From Camelus ferus (taxonomy: Eukaryota), in assembly GCF_009834535.1 (NCBI RefSeq), contig NC_045707.1, forward strand, positions 55,554,001 through 55,618,000: a stretch of 64,000 bases of DNA. The letters run 5' to 3'. Below the pieces are notes generated by a model, which worked only from the letters and a program-made list of their open reading frames with translations, ran no database searches and was not told where the DNA came from. Each line of letters starts with the position of its first letter. Position 1 is the stretch's first letter. Positions 39,715-52,359 of this stretch are shown one piece after another. The position numbers and the translations under genes are program-made.

Positions 39715-39900
39715 ATAGTGATGAAAACAGGAAGCTGAAAATTAACAATCCAATCATGTATTCTTACTCTTTCACTTACTTGTGTTACTATGGACGTTTA
39801 GTTTATCTGAGACTCAGTTTCAAATAGGGAAATAATGCTTACTTAGAAGATGCATTGTAAAGATTCAGGGTGAATATATGGAATGCCAAGAACATAATTA
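39715..39900 (+). mobile_element. MIR SINE
   Basis: cacttacttgtgttac...tctgagactcagtttc...ttgtaaagattca. Confidence 0.55.
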
Positions 39901-39949
39901 CAGCTGCTGTGGTAGTTGTTAAAACCCTCATGACAAACTCAAACTTGAT

Positions 39950-40570
39950 TCTGAAACTCCTGCTAAAAATACTTCTACGTGAAATTCAATTTAAAAGTTT
40001 AAAACCTTCCACTACACCTCATGACCAACAGTATAAAATGTAAACTACTGTGTTATCTTTAGAGATGTTCTATGAGATGGCCTCAGCTCACATCCCCAGA
40101 CTGACTTCCCAACTCTCCCCAGTTGTCACTTACACTGCGGCCAACCTAAAGGCCTTGCATTTCCTTCACTTTAGCATGTTGTCCTCTTTCTATGCTTTGC
40201 ATGTACTGTTGCCCCAACTTAAAGCTGTTCTTTTCCTAAATATCCAACTACTGCTAAACCTTTACTTACCCTTTAAGATTAGGAAGAAGTTGATCTCCTC
40301 TGGAAGCCTCCCTTAACCATCTCCACAGCAAGTAGAATTAACTCTTCCATTTACTGGACCTCGACTGTGACTCTCTGGTGCCTTTATTATGTAACACTTG
40401 TAACATATGACAGCTATTTATACACACATCACTTGCCTTACCAGACTGTGAGCTCATTGAGGATAAAGACTACACCTTGCTCATTTTGATATTTCCAAGA
40501 CATGCATTTTCTGGCCAGTTGTGCAGTCTCACCAATAATAAACTCTCAATAAATATTTGTTTAATAAGGA
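39950..40570 (+). mobile_element. L2 3' fragment
   Basis: atctcctctggaagcctcccttaacc...ccagactgtgagctcattgagg...ctcaataaatatttgtt. Confidence 0.7.
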
Positions 40571-40944
40571 ATCCTTAAAATGGTTAGAATAATCAATAAT
40601 TATCAACCATATATTAACTACTAATTATTCCATACTATCCTAAGCACTGTCAATTTTTCTTATAAAAGAAACAGCATAAAACCCTGTTATGGTCATCCTA
40701 GAAGATCTCTATCCTATACATAAGAAAAATAAGGCTCAGAGGAGTCCCTGATTTGTGTAATTTGTAGCATCTAGTAAAACTGACATCAGGGCTTGAGCTA
40801 TTACTATACCAGTAATGCAGAAAATACGCAGCATATACATGAATACCAAGGTAAATATAAAGAAAAATATCATCCTAAAATAGGCTTGTCACATTTACTA
40901 TATATGAGTATATTTATTACATACATATATTTCATATATACACA

Positions 40945-40947
<3 letters not shown>

Positions 40948-40982
<35 letters not shown>
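40948..40982. repeat. (TA)17 microsatellite
   Basis: Perfect TA run. Confidence 0.97.
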
Positions 40983-40986
<4 letters not shown>

Positions 40987-41063
40987 GTCTCTTCCCCTTG
41001 GCACAATAAATCATTAAACACAATAAAACTAAATATTAATGGCTTGTCTAAACTACTCTATAG

Positions 41064-41548
41064 TGTTGCTCTCCTGGCTCCATTTTGTGTGGCCAAGTAG
41101 CCTGCAGGGACCTTGAATTGACACCAGCCCCTCCCTGGAGCACATGCCCTAGAAAAGAGCCTGCAGAGCCACAAGCAAATGTAAATTCTTCGTAAGACTC
41201 CTGCAATGGCCCTTGTGATAAAGTTTCCCCACCTCCCAGGGCCTTCCCTTTTTGTGCTCCTTAGATAAGCTACTCAAGCTTATCAAATTCCTACTCTTTC
41301 TGGTTTGAATTTATTCATCTAGACTCAGCCTAGGAACCCCAAAGCACTCCAGCCATGGACCTTGATAAAGGCAAGTGTCCAGGTCCCACCATCTCCCTGC
41401 CCACATCTTGCCCTGACCTCCCCGTATGATTTCTTGAGGCATGCTGTGTACCTCCTCCAGGAGGTACTAGACTTCTATGTATCAATTTCCTCGTGGTCTT
41501 CAATGAAACAGAGGCTCACTGTCCAAGACCCCAGGGCTCTACTTTAAA
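41064..41548 (+). mobile_element. ERVL-class LTR, MER74-like
   Basis: cctggctccattttg start, GC-richer block, end gaccccagggctctactttaa; family from recall only. Confidence 0.45.
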
Positions 41549-41882
41549 AAGTAGATAATTTACCAAGGTTACAAGATAAACCATGTGCAAAGGGAATATG
41601 TGAAATATTTTATATGCGTTCAACTCCTTTAATGAGTCACAGATGAAAGACCTCAGGTTCAGAAAACGTGACTGCCACACAGCCACTAAACGGCCGAGTT
41701 CAAAATTCTCCATTCTATCTGCTTCAGAGTTTGTTTTGCTCAACCACCTTACAATCCCAGAATTTTCAAAATACAAAACACAGCCATCCTTTGTGTTCAA
41801 GACAAAACATATCATAGATTTGGGTGCAAAAAAATTAGACAGGAAATAAAATTTTAAAAGAGGAATAAATAATGAGCTAAGG

Positions 41883-42086
41883 CAGGGTTTGGCAAACTTC
41901 TCCCATAAAAGACCACGATAGTAAATATTTTAGGCTTTGTAGGCCATAAAGTCCCTGTCACAACTATTCAATTCTGTGGTTATAGCAATAAAGCAGCCAA
42001 GGAATACAGAAGTGAATGAGTGTGGCTGTTTCAATAAAACTTTATTTACAAAAACAAGTGGTACGCCATAGTTTGTGGACCCCCAG
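41883..42086 (+). mobile_element. MER58A hAT-Charlie MITE
   Basis: cagggtttggcaaac...atagtaaatattttaggctttg...caataaaactttatttacaaaaaca...ccatagtttgtggacccc; CTAAGG on both flanks. Confidence 0.9.
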
Positions 42087-42557
42087 ACTAAGGAATTGGA
42101 TGTTCTTAACCATAAAGTATAATGAAAACTACTGATACTCACATTACACATTATACTTTAAGGCCTGCATGCCAAAGGAACAGTAGGAAGTGGTGTAGGG
42201 ATAACATGATACAAAACTAGGAAAGAGTGAAAATGCAGTGAACCTCAAGGCAAAGGTGAGACCTGTTGGCTTTCCTGAAAACGCCAAAAAGGAAAACTGC
42301 CGTTGGGCAGGTAATGTGTAGGATATTGTATAAAGATATAAGCCTGATGGAAAGAGTCTTAGAAACATATGCTGACTGGTTTACAATCAATTGGAAGTCA
42401 GAAGAAACAAACAAAAATATGCTTTCTGTTTCTAGGTATATATCTGGGTAGAATTATTTTATTGTGAAATAATCTTTTAGCATCTAAGACATTTGTGAAA
42501 ACTATTCTCATATGTAATGTTTCAGGTTAGAACAACTGATCTCAACTATTAGTGGAT

Positions 42558-42690
42558 ATTAAAATCACTTGAAATGGGTTTATTAATTATGTTGACTCCA
42601 GAGTCCCAACCCCAGAGATGCTGATTCAGTAAGTCTTGGGTAGAGCACCCCAAGTTATTTTCACAAGGATGATCCCAGAACCACACATGA
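42558..42690. mobile_element. MER5-like hAT MITE, decayed
   Basis: aatcacttg...cccagagatgctgattcagtaagtcttggg. Confidence 0.55.
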
Positions 42691-42988
42691 GACATTCTCA
42701 ATGAAAGCAAGAATTGCATGTATGGCATGTATTGTATCAAGCAGCCAGGAGCTTCTGAGAAGTAGAAGTAGATTCTCCTGCCTACTAGGGATAGTAAACA
42801 ACCAGGAATAAGACTTAAAAAAAATAACACTGGTTACCTCCTAAGATGGAATTTGGCTCTCAAGAGATGCTTCTGGGAAGCTCCATGTTTAGGAATTGGA
42901 TATTAAGAAGCTGCCCCCACCCAGTTTCATAGTAAACCAGGGACCTGATCACAGCGTACCACATCTATCTGCCTGCTGGACTTCCTCA

Positions 42989-43489
42989 TGTGTTCATTTC
43001 CTACTGCTTCTCTAAAAAATTACAACAAGCTTACCAGCTTAAAATCTAACAACGTATAATCTTGTAGATCAAGAGTTTCAAAGTCTAAAGCAGGTTTCAC
43101 TGGGCTAAACAACCAATGTCTTGAGAGGGCTGTGTTCCTTCTGGAGGCACTGAAGATAATCTTCTTGCCTTTCTTAGCTTCTATAGGTCACCTACACTTC
43201 TGTGGCCCCTTCAGCTAGCTTCAAAGCCAGCAGCAAAACACTTCCACATCTCTGACTCTCAGCTTTCTCTTCTGCCTCTCACTTCTGCTGTAAAGGGATC
43301 TTATGACTACATTGATCCCAGCCAAATAATTCATGATAATCTAATTTAAAAATCAACTGATGAACAGCTTTAACTTCATCATGTAATTTAATTCCCTATT
43401 GCCATGGAGCATGACATATCCACAGGTTCCTGGGATTAAGACCCAGACATCTTGGGGAGGAGGAAGTACGCATCATTCTTTCTACCACA
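42989..43489 (-). mobile_element. MLT1D-like LTR
   Basis: ggtttcactgggctaaa...gctgtgttccttctggaggc...cacaggttcctgggattaag...tctaccaca. Confidence 0.85.
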
Positions 43490-43774
43490 CCCATAGGGAA
43501 GCTTGCTCTCCAACCACCAGAAAACAGGGAGTAGAAAAAAGAAAAGAGATTCTATAAGAAATTGGGAGTAGGCTCCTAATAATGTGAAGGGTAGTAAAGG
43601 TGCCATCTAAAGCAGCACCTATATGTCTGGAGTGTGAGTTGCAGCCTGGTGCAATTCAGCAGTGGGAAAACCAGAGGGAAGAAAGCAACACACCACACGA
43701 TGCCGCAGAGGGAAATTAGGTGGTCACAGACATGAAATCAAAGACCTACTATCTGAGAAAGGGAAATAAAAGGA

Positions 43775-44171
43775 TGTTACAGACTCGAGGTTTGTGTCCC
43801 CCCTCAGCATTCATGTACTGCAGCTCTAATTCCCAATGTGGCTGTATTTAGAGATGGTACTTCTAAGGAAATACTTAGGTTAAATGAGGTCATAAAGGTG
43901 GGGCCCTGATCTAACAGGTTTAGTGTTCTTGCAAGAGACACCGGAGATCTTTTTCTCCATCCCAAAGCAAACAGACCAAGGAAGGGCCATGTGAAGACAG
44001 AGAGAAGCTGGTCCCCTGCAAGTCAGGCAGAGAGACTTCACCAGATATCAAATGAGCCAGAATCTTTATCTTCGACGTCTAGCCTCCAAAATTGTGAGAA
44101 AAAAAAGTTATCTATTTTTTTCATACCACCCAGTCTATGATATCTTATGACAGCCCGAGTAGACTAATACA
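43775..44171 (+). mobile_element. MLT1A-like LTR
   Basis: tgttacagact...ttaaatgaggtcataaaggtggggccctgatc...cagcccgagtagactaataca. Confidence 0.88.
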
Positions 44172-45820
44172 GAAATAGAAGGGACAAAGGCAGGAGATAA
44201 AGAACTATGAGCTCAAGTTCAGGCCTCACAGATCTGAAAGGCTGGAAGAGGCATTCTCATTATTAAGCCACTAAGCCAAAACTTACACCAGGTCAAAAGT
44301 CAATTTATTCTTTTTAAAAAAATTGTTTAGAGATATCCCTTAGGAAACATTGTCTACATTAATAGATTAGTACTTTTTTTTGTTCCTGTAATAAAACTCA
44401 TCTAGAAAAATACAAGTACTTCTCAAATTGTTTTTGTGTTTGTCTCTATTGGCTACCAATGTATAAAATATGTAAATAGGAATAAATCAATCTACTTAGA
44501 TGCATTAACGTCACAGGTAATTGGAATGCATTTATTCCATAAGATCAAAAATTACTTTAATTTTCAAATTAAGAATTGAAGACTTACTGAAAAATAAAAA
44601 ATTCTATTTGTCTTCACAGGTCAATTTTTGTATTCACCAGTCAAATCACTCTCAACTTTCGTTTGTTAAAAACTAAGTTTTTAATATGCATAGCACCTTT
44701 GACAATATATGAGGTCAAAGACTCACAGAACGTCAGAATCTGAAAATAATAATATATTGTGTTTTCCAAATCCTTCCATTTATTCCTAAAGAAATAAGCA
44801 AAAAGACAAAAATAGTCTTGTGGCCCTATAACCCTCTGTGTTCCTCCTTCCCTAGACTTTTGAAGTGTTTCCCTCTGGTTTTCGCCTTCCCTATAATTTT
44901 GTTTCATGCTAGAAATCATGGCAGCTATGTCAAAAACACCTGAATGGCTTGAGTAGGGACTTATTTAGAAAGGGTTTATTGGAAATGGGCTTACTGGAAC
45001 TTGATATTCATTTAAGTTTAAACTATCTTGTAGGTATCAGTGAATCTAGCTCAAGCTCTAGCTGCACTTGAGCATGTCAGAGTTACGTAAAAGATGCTGC
45101 ATAAAAGTTAGGTCCGTGGACATTGCCCATGTGTTGGACAGTCTTTTCATACAGTGTCTAGCAACTTATACCAAGAAGTTACCGTTACAGAGAATGAGAT
45201 AGACTGGGTTCAAGGGACACACTGATTAAAGAAGGAACACTGGCCTACAATAGTGTACTCAGATATTCAAACACATCTGAAACAATGTAAATCCTAAAAC
45301 CTTTACCTATTTCTATTTAAGGAGATGCAGCATAGTAGACTACCTTATAGATGAGAGGTTCCCTGCTTACGGCTGACTTTAAGAGGAGATTCTAAAAGGC
45401 TCAGTTGTGGAGTAAATTTGGCGGTACTATTTTTATCACTATCCTATTCCCTTACAAGACTAACAGCTCTGATTAAGAGTGACACGTGCCCCTTCAGAAT
45501 ATTCAAGATTTGGACAAAATGAGAATCAGGCCAATAATTGAGACTGTTCATACTGGTTAGTGCCAAAATTGGGGGGAGAGAAGAGAGGGGGGAGGGGGGA
45601 AGGCAGAGAGAAAGAAGAGCTAACAATTGATTTCCTTACTTCCCTTGGCAAACAAAAGGAAATTCCTAAATGCAGTAGTTCACGTATTCCTGAACATGCT
45701 ACGTTCAAAGCTACTGAACTTTATACTCTGTGGCTTCATAGTTAGGTTTGACTACCAGGAAAACCTGTACAAACCAACCTTTTCTGAAATTTGCTTCTTT
45801 CTTTACCAACTAAATTGACA

Positions 45821-45947
45821 AGCCAATCAAACTAGTGAAACCATTTGCCAAAGTGGATGCCTCCCTATAAATACAATGAGAGCCCTGCCCGACTCGTGTC
45901 TCATTTGCTTCTCCTCTTGTTTCTCATCACACTTTAATAAGGTAAAG
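45821..45947 (+). promoter_or_regulatory. Candidate CCAAT+TATA core promoter followed by a splice donor
   Basis: AGCCAATCA 45821-45829, TATAAATA 45866-45873, AAG|GTAAAG at 45941/45942, in non-repetitive sequence; motif evidence only. Confidence 0.3.
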
Positions 45948-47482
45948 GGAGTAATGATCCACACTTAGGCAACCAGCTCATTCTTACCATTCGGAAAAAA
46001 AAAAAAATCAATAGAGATGTTTTAGTGAAAACACGAATGAATAATGAATCGATACTAATTTTTTTTTTAAAAGATGCAAAATTGAGAAGGAAAAGCAGAG
46101 GAAAGTCATGAGGAAGGCAGTGGTAAGACATCATGCATGGTTCACATATCACCAGCTTGATATCCAGCTATCACAATGATCAAAGCACATCCACACTAAC
46201 CCCATCTCCTGAGACAATAAAAAGGATGTCGGCACAAGCTATTCTCTTAGTCGTCCTCTATTTCAAAATTACTACAGCACCGACTGAGAACCTTAAATAC
46301 AAAAGCCCAAAATTTGGGCTCTAATTTTGTGTTTCAACAGAATGCTGAGTCATGGCTGCTTAATTTTCTTAGAATATTAAAAAAAAAATCATTACCAAAC
46401 ATGATTTGTGAAGACACATCAACTACAGTAACAGTTACAGAAGCTCTAACTTGGATAGGCTGCAAAGTTTCCCTCTACTGGGTGCAAAGAATAGAAAAAA
46501 AACCATTTAAGATGCTAAATCCTGAAGGACTGCATGAGGATATGGCACAGCTGTGGAGGGAGAGCGTTTAGGAGTTTGGAGAAGCTCAGGAAAAGCTTTA
46601 CAGGGCTACAGTGTAGAGGATTATGCAGTTGTTTAAAGAAAGAGTAGAAGTTGGGCAAATTAAGGAATGAAATTCAAGCGTGACCCTCATGCAGCAGGAA
46701 GGTGGGTGTACAATGATTTAGAAACATGTCTGGTGAAGAACAAACACCCAGCCTCTCTACAGAAGAGAACGGAAGGAAAGAATTAGGTAAAAGGCAAACT
46801 AAAGGAGCTTAAATTTTACAGTCAGTATTTACAGGTTTTTTCTTTTTTCTTTTTTACCCATTTCCAAACTTAGTTCCAAAATCAACATGTAAATAATCTC
46901 AATTCCTTGCCACTGACGTGAGGGTGGGGGAGACAATCTGAGCATCAACTACAAGACCGAAGAGATAATAAAGGAGTAGGTTCACTCTCGAAAAATACAT
47001 TATCTTCTTAGCTTATAGATCAAATAGCTAGGAAATACTTCTAAGTTTGGGAGCAACTGCAGGATTTTAAGCATATGACAATTTAAATGATGCATTAAAA
47101 TTTTAAAACATTCATGTATGTTATTTCGTGTAATCACTCAGGAAAAAAGCGGTAGAAACAAAGCCGTTTAGGCTATTTTTAGGCCTATTACTTTGAACAA
47201 AATAAAAGACACTAACAAGATTTTAAAGGAAGAAATCTGCTACACTTGAAAGAAATTAAGACTTTTAAAGTTACCTTGAGATCTGGAGCACAAGCTCAGC
47301 AAAACTTAGGAGTGTGGTGGACCTGACGTTGCCTTCCTGAGGGCTGGATAAAGCTCATTCCTCCTGCTTAGCTTTCCACTGGTCCTGAAGATGAAAACAT
47401 GAAGAAATTTCAAACCATGAGGTTCAGAAGCAGGTCCCTTCAGGTTTGAAGAGGAGAAAGCAGATACAACAGCCAAAGAAGC

Positions 47483-47655
47483 CAGTGGTTTTCAAGGCTA
47501 CTCTATCAGCATCACCTGAGAACTGTTAAGCAGTCAGGCCACTGGGCCCGCCCCCTCATTTACTAAATCACTTACTCCTGGGGAAGAGCCCTCGCCTGCT
47601 GGTTTGGCAAGCTCTCCAGGTGATTCCAATGTGCGCTCAAGTTTAGAAGCCACTG
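47483..47655. mobile_element. MER5A hAT MITE
   Basis: TIRs CAGTGGTTTTCAA...TTTAGAAGCCACTG; agcatcacctgag...ccaggtgattcc. Confidence 0.85.
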
Positions 47656-49499
47656 GTATAGCTAGTGTTCTAGAAGCAACAGAAGCAATTATTTCAGCTC
47701 AAGTCCTGAGAGAGTGGCTTCATGATTAAAGAGCCCTGATCAAAAATCCTAGTCTGATAACTCCACGGGTAGCTAAGTATTTCAGTTTGCACATGCCCGA
47801 GCAACTCAGTCTTGTTAGAAATGACCCCCTGAAAAGACGTATAGGAAAATAAATCTATTACAAATATCAAAATCAGTAACATTTGTTAATAACACCAAAT
47901 CCGTTTGATTTTTTCATTTCACTCTTTTTGGGATTACCCATCCCCAACGCTCCTCTCCCTAAACACAAAATCTGCTATGTTAAAATCGAAGAACTTTTAT
48001 ACACAAGGAAAGGAAGATATTAGATTGAGTTTTGTTCCATCATAACATATAGCAATACTTTCCTGCAGATGCATATTCAGCTGAAGAATATCCCTTATAC
48101 CATTTCACTTAGTAATGTTTTATTATTACTATATTCAGAACTGCCCCTCTCCTGTTTTTGTTTTTTTTTTTTTTTTTAAAGTGCAGGCCAAGCCAATTGT
48201 TTCTAAACTACTTTGACAAATACAATCAAAATAAAAATAAAAATTCCATCTCATATTACCCTTGAATCTTTACTATAAGATACTCAATATTATATACCTG
48301 ACTAAATATACGATTTTATTTTGAAGCACAGAGTGTTCTAGTTTCCCTGTAGAACATCAGTCTTTCCAAAAAAAAAAGAGAGAGAAAAACTAAAGTCATT
48401 AAAGCTTTGAACTCTTATTTCACTCAGTTTCAAAGTCAGGCTAGTTATAAAAGCTTTCGACATAGCATAATATGTTTTATTTCTGCACTATTAACTTTAT
48501 TTTTATATAGAATTTAGGAATCATATCAAAGGAAATATTTTAAATCATTCCAGACTCTAGGTTAGTACGATGCAGCTTGTATTTATTTATGAAATTTCTC
48601 TTCCTGTAACTATCCAAGCTTTATTAAACTTGGTGATTTGAAAAAGGGCCAGTGACCAAACATACCCAAACTGTGAAGGTTTATATGAAAAAATGTATCT
48701 TTCTGCTCTGATCCACTTGTTTGGTTTATGGGGATCCCAATAAAATCAGTCGAAGAAAACTTGTGCTTCCAAGTAGTATATTCACGAGCTCTTCTGTCAG
48801 AAACAGAGATGCTCAGAAACCCCTCCATGAGAATCACCCTCCCCTTAGTAAGAAAATTCCTCCTCTTGTCAGTTCAAAGTCATTTATGCCGTATCTTGAG
48901 ATTAGATCTTTCACCTTCTACAAAAAAACTGAGAAGCATCAACTATTGCCATTACAATTGTTTCCCCAAGTAGACACAAAAACTTACGAAGAAGAGACTT
49001 CAAATTGTGCAGAGATCACTAAAATGATATTAGTGCTTTCCTAATGGGATAGGGTTAGTTGAAATAGTTTTATATACAGACAGTTATAGTCTTTATTGGG
49101 TTTAATCATAAGCTTGTTATACACATAAATGATTCAGAACTTCACATTTCCATTGTGCACAGCCATACTGAGTCACCAAGTCTTGCTATTATACAAGTGA
49201 TGGAGACATCGAAGGAACAGCCATATTTTTATTGAATTTCACACTCATAATTATCAAATTTATCTTTTCTCCCATTCTTATTCTGGAGGGAAAGTTATGA
49301 GTCCTAAAAAAGCATTGTTTCCAACATTTAAGAGTTACTATTTTTTGATCCTCCTTCCCTTCCAACAAAAGAAACTGAATTTTTCAAATTAGAAGTGCAC
49401 ACACACACACACACAGGAACAAGGACATATATCAATTTATATGATTTAAGTAAACAAGAATGCCAGATAATATTCAATGACATTGTGTTAAGTAAGAGA

Positions 49500-50230
49500 T
49501 AAGTAACAGAAAAATCTCTGAATCATGTATAGCAAGACTCAATATTATCAAATATTTAATTCTCCCCATTATATTTTATAAATCCACCTAATTATAGTGA
49601 AAATCCAAAGGCGATTTGTCATGAAACTTAATAAGATGGTGCCAATACATATTTGTACCAGATACTGTGGGACAAAACCCCAGATATAAGAAGAGATAAC
49701 AACTACATTTAAAAATTGGGAAAATTAAATAGAGAGGCTATTGGCAGAAAAAGAAATACACCAAAATCAGTATGTTTGAAGATACTCAAGACTTGCCAAT
49801 GATCAGAGAACTGCAAATTGAAACATAAATGGAGTATCATTTTTCCATCCAACTGGTTCAAAAAAAAAAGACAATACCCAGTGCTGATCCTGGTAGGAGT
49901 ACGGCGAAATAGGCTTAGGGTAACATTTCAAAGTAGCTGTCAAAATTTTAAATATTTACAACTTTTGACATAGCAAAATCATAACTAAGCATCTATCCTT
50001 CAGAAATATTTAAACAGAAAGAAAAATATAAAAGTAAATTTAATGCAGCATTACTTACAGCAAAGCATCAGAACTGTAAACCTCCAGGTTTGATACAGGA
50101 TGAGAATGTGTCCATGACATATAACCTGTTTGTATTTTTATACTTCCAAAAAGAACTACTACATGCATATACATAAAGATATGCGTGCTATTAAAAATTT
50201 TATAAATGCATAGGGAACAATCTGAAAGGA
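49500..50230 (+). mobile_element. Very old L1ME remnant (ORF2 3' end/UTR)
   Basis: atcagagaactgcaaattgaaac...gacaatacccagtgctg...ttttgacatagcaa...tctatcct. Confidence 0.5.
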
Positions 50231-52359
50231 TGATAACACACTATAAATAGAATGATAAAAATAACTAATATTGAGTAATCACTGTATGCCAGGTACCGGG
50301 TATGTATTTCTTATAGATTATCTGTGAATCCTCCCATCAACCTTGTGACTAGGTGGGACTACTTAACAAATATGGAACCTGAAGATAAACATCAAAACTC
50401 TCACAATATTACACTGTGGATGAGGGTGAATACCCAAGTGAAGGTAGATTTAAAGTTTTCACTATTGTCTTGCTGGAGTTTTTAAGAAAGAGCACGCATA
50501 TGGTAGTTTTCTAATTAAAAATAAAGAATCACTACCTAGCCACAGTCTCTTACCTCTCAGACTTCTCAGTAATACCAAAACAGCTATACTACAACACAGA
50601 ACATGGTAAGTACTTTAGAGAGAGAAATTCTGACTAAGAAGATCATTTATAATGGAGGTAACATTTGAAATAGGCCCTGAAAAATGGGGAGGGCTTCAAA
50701 AGGTAGAGATGGGAGGGAAGGACTTAACAGAGCCGCATAAGTAATGACAAAAGGGTGAAAAAGTAAGTAGAAGATGAATCCAGGAAAGGCAAAGAACTGC
50801 TGAACGGGATCTGAAGTTGTATTTAGCAGAACAGTAAGAGAGAGGAGAGTTGAGCTGTAGGAGGGCTTAAGTGATTTTGATATATCCAAGAAATGACAAG
50901 GTAGAGTAGGAGATAAGGTTGAAGAAGCAAGAGGGCTTGAAGCACCATGATTTATTTAACGAATGACTAGAAAGTCAGCCCTTTGGATTAAACTATAATA
51001 CCGATTCTTCAAAGAGGTGATTCCCAAACTATAGGCCATGCATCCTTGTAACTGGGCAAGTTTTTCCAAGAAGCTCACAAATCCATATACACAATTAAAA
51101 AAAAAATTAGTCTACAGTCTAAACATCTTAAATTTTTAAACTGGGCCTGCTTTCAGGCTGGATCCCACAATGGAAGAAACGATGTGGTCGATTTCTTATT
51201 TTCCATCGGAGGCTCTCATTTCTGCTTCCCCACTCCATGGGCTGTAGCTAAGTTTTTCAGGATTGAAATGGGAAAAAGAGGTGAAAGACAAGAAAGCTTC
51301 CCTTGACTGGCACAGATATAATTTGGTGTTGGTTTCCACTAGGCTTGCCAATGCAAAAAAATTTTTCTATTTACAGGAGCTTATTTATGAGTTCTTCAGC
51401 ACACTTCCCTTGCTCTCACTAGCAGTAGCTTTAGCCAAGGCTCTTCATCCTGTGCGTGATTACCTTTTGTTTAGGAAACTCTATAAAGAAGGTTTTATTT
51501 TGGGGTCACATCATTCTGCTTGAACAAAAGCTTACATTTTTCCCCCTTGGGAAACAGGATCATCCTTGGCCTGGAATAACTCTGGGCTTACAAAGTATTC
51601 CCAAAGCTACTATGTCTTGCTGTTCTATTATGAGAGCCACTACCCAGTCACAAGTCTCTCACCTTTTGGAGTTCTCAGATATAGATATGAAACTATATTC
51701 TTTCAGCCAACAATTATTGGAGACATGGGCGAAGTTCTTGTTTGTCTCCTTGAAGCCCCTCTAAGCTTATGTAAGGAGGAAATAGCCTTTTCAAGGTGGA
51801 GGAAGGGGTCAACAACATTCTAGCAACTATTTCCATACAAATCCCACCCCCATGTTTGGACACTTCTATGCCAACTGTTTAATACACTTGATGTAGGTGA
51901 GGAGCTGAGGATTTTAAAACATATCTTGGATCACCCCTCCTTCCTCCTTTTCAAGTCCTGTGGAGATTCCACCCTTGCTTGGGGATGGGGAAATATTTGG
52001 CCAAAAATTGTCTTGGGTCTTCTACAAACAAATATTGAGCCCTAATTTAATATCCAGTTACAGAGCTAACTAAACCAGAAATCTCAAATGAAACCTAAAG
52101 AGGGCCCTCAGTAAGGTTTGAGGATGGACACAATATAACACAAAATTACATGACTGACTAGATGGGAAAAATATTCTTTAGAGTCAGTTGAAGATATAGC
52201 TACAAGAAAACAAGGAAAATCTGTAAGAGACAGTGACTCACATGTGTTCACTGTGATTGCTAACACATGAAATAGTTCTTCATTTCACAGTAAAGTTTCA
52301 ACTGTCCTTAAATAATCTTTTTATACCCCTTTCTAAAAATCCAGAATTAAAGAGCTCCT

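Noticed and set aside
51263..51823. Three overlapping plus-strand ORFs of 85-102 aa
   Set aside because: No recognisable protein similarity and non-ATG starts; possibly a decayed repeat I could not classify
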